This document shows, piece after piece, positions 57,801 to 64,000 of a DNA stretch of 64,000 nucleotides (its first letter is position 1; each line of letters starts with the position of its first letter). The notes below the pieces were generated by a model that was not told the DNA's origin, did not search any database, and saw nothing but the letters and a program-made list of their open reading frames with translations. The DNA is taken from assembly GCF_009914755.1 (NCBI RefSeq), contig NC_060940.1. One strand, written 5' to 3'. Both the position numbers and the translations under genes were made by a program. The stretch comes from the human T2T-CHM13v2.0 reference genome, Homo sapiens.

Positions 57801-60130
57801 ATTCCATATGATGATGATTCCATTCGATTCCATTGGATGATTCCATTCTATTCTATTCAAAGGTGATTCCATTCGAGTACATTAGATGATTCCATTCGAT
57901 TCCATTCAATGATGATTCTATTTGTGTCCCTTAGATGATTCCACATGATTCCATTAGATGATGATACTATTTGAGCCCATCCAATGATTCCCTTCGATTC
58001 CATTCGATGAGGATTCCATTCGATTCAATTCATTGGTGATTCTATTCAATTCAATTCTTTGATTCAATTCCATTCCATTCGACAATGATTCCATTCGATT
58101 TCTTTCGATGATTCCACTCAATTTCACTTGACATTGATTCCATTCGATTCCATTCAATGATTCCATTTGATTCCAGTGGATGATGATTGCCGTCGATTCC
58201 ATTCGATCACTCCATTCTGTTCCATTTGATGATGATTACATTCGATTCCATTTGATGATTCCATCTGATTCTATTCGAGGATTCCATTTGATTCCATTCG
58301 ATGATGATTCCATTCGAGTCCATTCGATGATTTCATTCGAGTACATCCAATGATTCCATTCGAGTCCATTTGATGATTCCATTTCATTCCATTTGATTAT
58401 GATTCTACTAGAGTCCATTCAATGACTCCATTCGAGTCCATTCAACAGTTCCATCCGAGTCCATTCGATGATTCCATTCGATTCCATTTGATGATTCCAT
58501 TCGAGTCCATTTAATCATTACAGTCGAGTCCATTTGGTGATTCCACTGGATTTCTTTTGATAATGATACCATTCAATTACATTTGATGATGATCCCATTC
58601 AATTTCATTTGATGATGATTCCATTAGAGTCCATTCCATGATTTCATTCGAGTCCCTTCATTGATTCCATCCGATTTCATTTCATGATGACTCCATTCGA
58701 GTCCATTCGATGATTCCACTCGATTCCATTAGATGATTCCATTGGAGTCCATTTGATTGTTCCATTCGATTCCATTCGATTCCTTTCGAAGATTATTCCA
58801 TTTGAGTCCATTCGATGATGATTCCATTCCATTCCATTCGATGATTCCGTTTGATTCCATTCGATGATTCCCTGCGATTCCTTTCTATGATGATTCCATT
58901 CCATTCCATTCAATGATTCCATTCGAATCTATTCCATGATGATTCCTTTCGATTCCATTCGCTGATGTTTCCGTTCAATTCCATTCGATGATGATTCCAT
59001 TCGATTCCATTCATTGAGGATTCCATTGGATTCCATTCAATGATGATTCCATTCTATTCCATTCAATGATTGCATTCAATTCCATTCAATGATTATGCCA
59101 TTAGAGTAAATTCAACGATTCCATTCAATACCATTCGATGATGATTCCTTTTGAGTCCATTCAATGATTTCATTCAAGTCCATTTGATGATTCCTTTCAA
59201 TTCCATTCCATGATGATTCCATTCGAGTCCATTCGATGATTCCATTCGATTGCATTCGATGATTCCATTATATTCCATTCAACGATGATTCCATTCGAGT
59301 CCATTCGATGATTCCATTAGAGTACATTTAATGATTGCTTTGTTTTCAATTCGAAGATGATTACATTGGATTCCATTCTATGATTCCATTCGATTCCATT
59401 CATTGATGATTCCACCCAATTCCATTCGATGATGATTCCATTCGATTTCAATGATTCTACTCGATTCCATTCAATGATGATTCAATTCTATTCCGTTTGA
59501 TGATTCCATTAGATTCCATTCTATGATGATTCCATTCGAGTCCATTCGAAGATTTCATTCGATTACATTCCATGACGATTCCATTCGAGTCCATTCGATG
59601 ATTCCATTTGAATCCATTCGACGATGATTCCATTTGATGCTATTCGATGATTCCCTTGGATTCCATTCGATGATGATTCCATTCGACTTGATTTGATGTT
59701 TCTATTTGAGTCCATTCGGTTATTTTATTAGACTACATTCGATGATGATTCCATTCGATGCCATTCAGTGGTTCCATTTCATTCCACTCAATGATGATTG
59801 CATTCGTGTCCATTCGATGATTCCATTTGGTTCCATTTGATGATGATTCCATTCGAGTCCATTCGATGATACCATTCAATTCCATTCGATGATCATTCCA
59901 TTCGAATCCATTTGATGATTCCACTCAATTCCATTTGATGACTCCTTTCATTCCCATTCGATGATTCCCTTCAGTTCCAATTGGATGATCTTTCCATTTG
60001 ATTCAATATGGTGACTCCATTCTATTATATTCAATGATGATTCCATTCGACTCCATTAGATGATGACTTCATTCCATTCTATTCGATTGTGATTTCATTC
60101 GATTCCATTCGAAGATGATTCCATTCGAGT
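54870..60130 (+). repeat. Block duplicated from ~9.4-14.07 kb (offset 45,468, then 45,347 after a 121-bp deletion), ending in the 732-bp module
   Basis: Shares the private variants CTCGATGCGATGATG (~9744 / ~55212) and CAGGTTTCACATCG (9961 / ~55429). Confidence 0.8.
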
Positions 60131-63100
60131 CCATTCGATGATTCCATTCGATTTCATTCAACGATGATTTGATTCGTGTCCATTCGATGATTCCATTTGA
60201 TTCCACTTGATGATGATTCCATTCGAGTCCATTTGATGATTCCATTCAATTCCATTCTCCGATGACTTCTTTTGAGCCCATTCAATGCTTCCACTCGATT
60301 CCATATGATGATGACTCCATTCGATGAAATTCGATGATGATTCCATTCGCTTGCATTCGATGATGATTCCACTTGAGTCCATTAGAAGATTCTATTCAAT
60401 TACATTCCATGACGATTCCGTTCGAGTCCATTTGATGATTCCATTAGACTCCATTCGACGATGATTCCATTCGAGGTTATTCGATGATTCCATTCGATCT
60501 CATTCGATGATGATTCCATTCAACTCCATTCGATGTTTCCATTCGAGTTCATTCTATTATTCCATTAGATTCCATTCGATGATGATTCCATTCGATTCCA
60601 TTTGATGATTGCATTCTATTTCATTTGATGATGATTCCATTCGAGTCCACTCGATGATTCCATTCGAGTCCATTTAATGAATATATTGGTTTCAATTCTA
60701 TGATGATTACATTGGATTACATTCGTTGATGATTTCATTCGGTTCCATTCAATGATGATTCTATTCAATTCCTTTCAATGTTTCCATTCAATTCCATACG
60801 ATGATGATTCCATTTGATTTGATTCGACAGTGAGTCATTCGATTCAATTCCATGATGATTCTATTTGATTCAATTGGTTGACATTTCCATTCGATTCCAT
60901 TCGATGATGATTCCCTTTGATTCAATTCAAAAATGATTCCATTCTAGCCCATTCAATCATTCCATTCGATTCTATTCAATGATGATTCCATTGATGTCGA
61001 TTTGGTGATTCCATTTGACTTCATTTGATGATGATTCCTTTCAAGTTCATTAGATGATTCCATTCGATTCCATTTGATGATGATCCCATTCGAGTCCATT
61101 CAGTGATTCCACTCGTTTCCATTCCATGATGATTCCATTCCATTCCATTCAATGATTCCATTCGATTCCGTTTGATGATGATTTCATTCGAGTCCATTTG
61201 ATGATTCCATTTCATTCCATTCGATGATGATTCCATTCGAGTCCATTTGATGATTCTATTCGAATCCATTTGATGATTTCTTTTGATTATAGTTGGTGAT
61301 GATTCCATTGGAGTCCATTCAATGATTCCATTCTATTCCAATCGATGATGATTCCATTAGAGTCCATTTAATGATTCCATTTGATTCCAGTCTCTGATGA
61401 TTACATTCGAGTCCATACGATGATTCCACTCAATTCCATATGATGATGATTCCATTCTATTCCGTTCGATGATTCCATTCTATTCTATTCAATGGTGATT
61501 CCATTCGATTCCATTCAATGATGATTCTATTTGTGTCCCTTAGATGATTCCACATGATTCCATTAGATGATGATACTATTTGAGCCCATCCAATGATTCC
61601 CTTCGATTCCATTCGATGAGGATTCCATTCGATTCAGTTCATTGGTGATTCTATTCAATTCAATTCTTTGATTCCATTCCATTCCATTCGACAATGATTC
61701 CATTCGATTTCTTTCGATGATTCCACTCGATTCCACTTGACATTGATTCCCTTCGATTCCATTCAATGATTCCATTTGATTCCAGTGGATGATGATTGCC
61801 ATCGATTCCATTCGATCACTCCATTCTATTCCATTTGATGATGATTACATTCGATTCCATTTGACGATTCCATCTGATTCTATTCGAGGATTCCATTTGA
61901 TTCCATTCGATGATGATTCCATTCGAGTCCATTCGATGATTTCATTCGAGTACATCCAATGATTCCATTCGAGTCCATTTGATGATTCCATTTGATTCCA
62001 TTTGATAATGATTCTACTAGAGTCCATTCAATGACTCCATTCGAGTCCATTCAACAATTCCATTCGACTCCATTTGATGATTCCATTCGATTCCATTTGA
62101 TGATTCCATTCGAGTCCATTTAATCATTACAGTCGAGTCCATTTGGTGATTCCACCGGATTTCTTTTGATAATGATACCATTCAATTACATTTGATGATG
62201 ATCCCATTCAATTTCATTTGATGGTGATTCCATTAGAGTCCATTCGATGATTTCATTCGAGTCCCTTCATTGATTCCATCCGATTTCATTGGATGATGAC
62301 TCCATTCGAGTCCATTCGATGATTCCACTCGATTCCATTAGATGATTCCATTGGAGTCCATTTGATTGTTCCATTCGATTCCATTCGATTTCTTTCGAAG
62401 ATTATTCCATTTGAGTCCATTCGATGATGATTCCATTCCATTCCATTCGATGATTCCGTTTGATTCCATTCGATGATTCCCTTCGATTCCTTTCTTTGAT
62501 GATTCCATTCCATTCCATTCAATGATTCCATTCGAATCTATTCCATGATGATTCCTTTCGATTCCATTCGCTGATGTTTCCTTTCAATTCCATTCGATGA
62601 TGATTCCATTCGATTCCATTCATTGAGGATTCCATTTGATTCCATTCAATGATGATTCCGTTCTATTCCATTCAATGATTGCATTCAATTCCATTCAATG
62701 ATTATCCCCTTAGAGTAAACTCAACGATTCCATTCAATACCATTCGATGGTGATTCCTTTTGAGTCCATTCAATGATTTCATTCAAGTCCATTTGATGAT
62801 TCCTTTCAATTCCATTCTATGATGATTCCATTCGAGTCCATTCGATGATTCCATTCGATTGCATTCGATGATTCCATTATATTCCAGTCAACGATGATTC
62901 CATTCGAGTCCATTCGATGATTCCATTAGAGTACATTTAATGATTGCTTTGTTTTCAATTCGAAGATGATTACATTGGATTCCATTCTATGATACCATTC
63001 GATTCCATTCAATGATGATTCCACTCAAATCCATTGGATGATTCCATTCGTGTCCATTCGGTGATTTCATTAGATTCCATTCGAGGATGATTCCATTCGA

Positions 63101-64000
63101 TTCCATTCGATGATTCCATTCAATTCCATTCGATGATGATTCCATTCCAGTCCATATGATCATTCCATTTGATTTCATTCGATGATGATTCCATTTGATT
63201 CCATTCGATGATTCCATTCTATTCCATTCGATGATGATTCCATTCGAGTCCATTCGATGATTCCATTCGAGTCCATTTAATGATTCCATTGGGTTCAATT
63301 CAATGATGATTACATTGGATTCCGTTCTATGATTCCATTCAATTCCTTTCATTGACAATTTGATTCCATTCGATGATGATTCAATTTGAGTTCATTCGAT
63401 GATTCTATTCGATTCTCTTCGATGGTGATTCAATTCTATTATATTGGATGATTCCATTCGATTCCATTTGATGTTGATTCAATTCGATTCTATTCGATGA
63501 TGATTCCATTGGATTTCACTTGATGATTCTATTCGATTCCATTCAATGATGATTCACTTCTCGTCCATTGGATGATTCCATTTCATTCCATTCGATGATG
63601 ATTTCCTTCGATTCCATGCGACGGTGAGCAATTCGATTCAATTCCATGATGATTCTATTTGATTCAATTAGATGATGTTTCCATTCGAATCCATTCCATG
63701 ATTATTCCATTGGAATCCATTCGGCGATGATTCCATATGAGTCAATTCAATGATGATTCCATATGGGTCCGTTCGATGATAATTCCATTTGATTTCATTC
63801 AATGCTTCTATTCTATTCCAGTCGATGATGATTCCGTTGGAGTCCATACGATGATTCCATTTGATTTCATTTGATGATGATTCCATTCGATGATGATTAC
63901 ATTGGATTCCATTCTATGATTCCATTCAATTCCATTCGTTGATGATTCGATTCCATTCAATGATGATTCCATTTGAGTTCATTCGATGATTCTATTCGAT
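60130..64000 (+). repeat. Partial 6.1-kb unit (lineage X) running off the window end
   Basis: Matches ~39150-43060 at offsets 20,982, 20,959 and 20,936, i.e. two successive 23-bp deletions at ~61500 and ~63600. Confidence 0.8.

Larger units (their letters stand above)
1..64000 (+). repeat. Human Satellite II (HSat2/HSATII) pericentromeric satellite array, CATTC strand on +
   Basis: Every line is diverged (GATTCCATTC)(GAT)1-2GATTCCATTC with frequent CGAGTCCATT variants, giving 23/26-bp monomers with dense TCGA (TaqI) and GANTC (HinfI) sites. This is the HSat2 signature; HSat3 would show long CATTC runs with ATTCGGGTTG-type interruptions. I saw no GAATG-strand segment. Confidence 0.97.

Noticed and set aside
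421-63886. More than 130 ORFs of 60-193 aa, almost all on the minus strand (MESSNGIEWNHRM...)
   Set aside because: They are translations of the GAATG strand, which is rich in ATG and poor in stops. They overlap in several frames, are broken by frameshifts between copies, and show no domain, promoter or splice structure.
1-64000. CRISPR-like or other repeat-spacer array, or a novel coding system
   Set aside because: There are no unique spacers between repeats, no cas, reverse transcriptase or other genes, and no leader. All variation is point mutation of the monomer.
1-64000. Inversions or L1/Alu/ERV insertions
   Set aside because: I saw no GAATG-strand tract, poly(A) tail, target-site duplication or non-satellite segment.
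1-64000. Dense short palindromes (TCGA, ATCGAT, GAATTC) as hairpin or terminator signals
   Set aside because: They are intrinsic 4-6-bp features of the monomer. I saw no long inverted repeats, as expected for a unidirectional array.

Overview
The whole 64-kb window is one uninterrupted, single-orientation array of CATTC-derived classical satellite DNA matching human/hominid Satellite II (HSat2/HSATII). It is built from GATTCCATTC, GATGATTCCATTC and GATGATGATTCCATTC sub-units, which give 23- and 26-bp monomers rich in TCGA and GANTC sites. I see no genes, RNA genes, transposon insertions, inversions or CRISPR arrays. The ORF-track entries are artefacts of the stop-poor GAATG strand, but their translations are useful landmarks. 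The real information is in the higher-order structure. Landmark offsets show a 6,112-bp unit (consistent with my recollection of the HSat2B/chr16-type period, not verified), a ~4.1-kb unit, 836-bp and 1,031-bp tandem duplications, a 732-bp optional module and near-identical multi-kb blocks 11.3, 36.2, 38.2 and 45.5 kb apart. All of these can be explained as walks, with skips and loop-backs, along one ~11.8-kb master unit that never appears intact here. I found no evidence for a new protein- or RNA-coding system. Coordinates and offsets were derived by eye and from the ORF track; junctions are approximate to about +/-30 bp because they lie in monomer homology.
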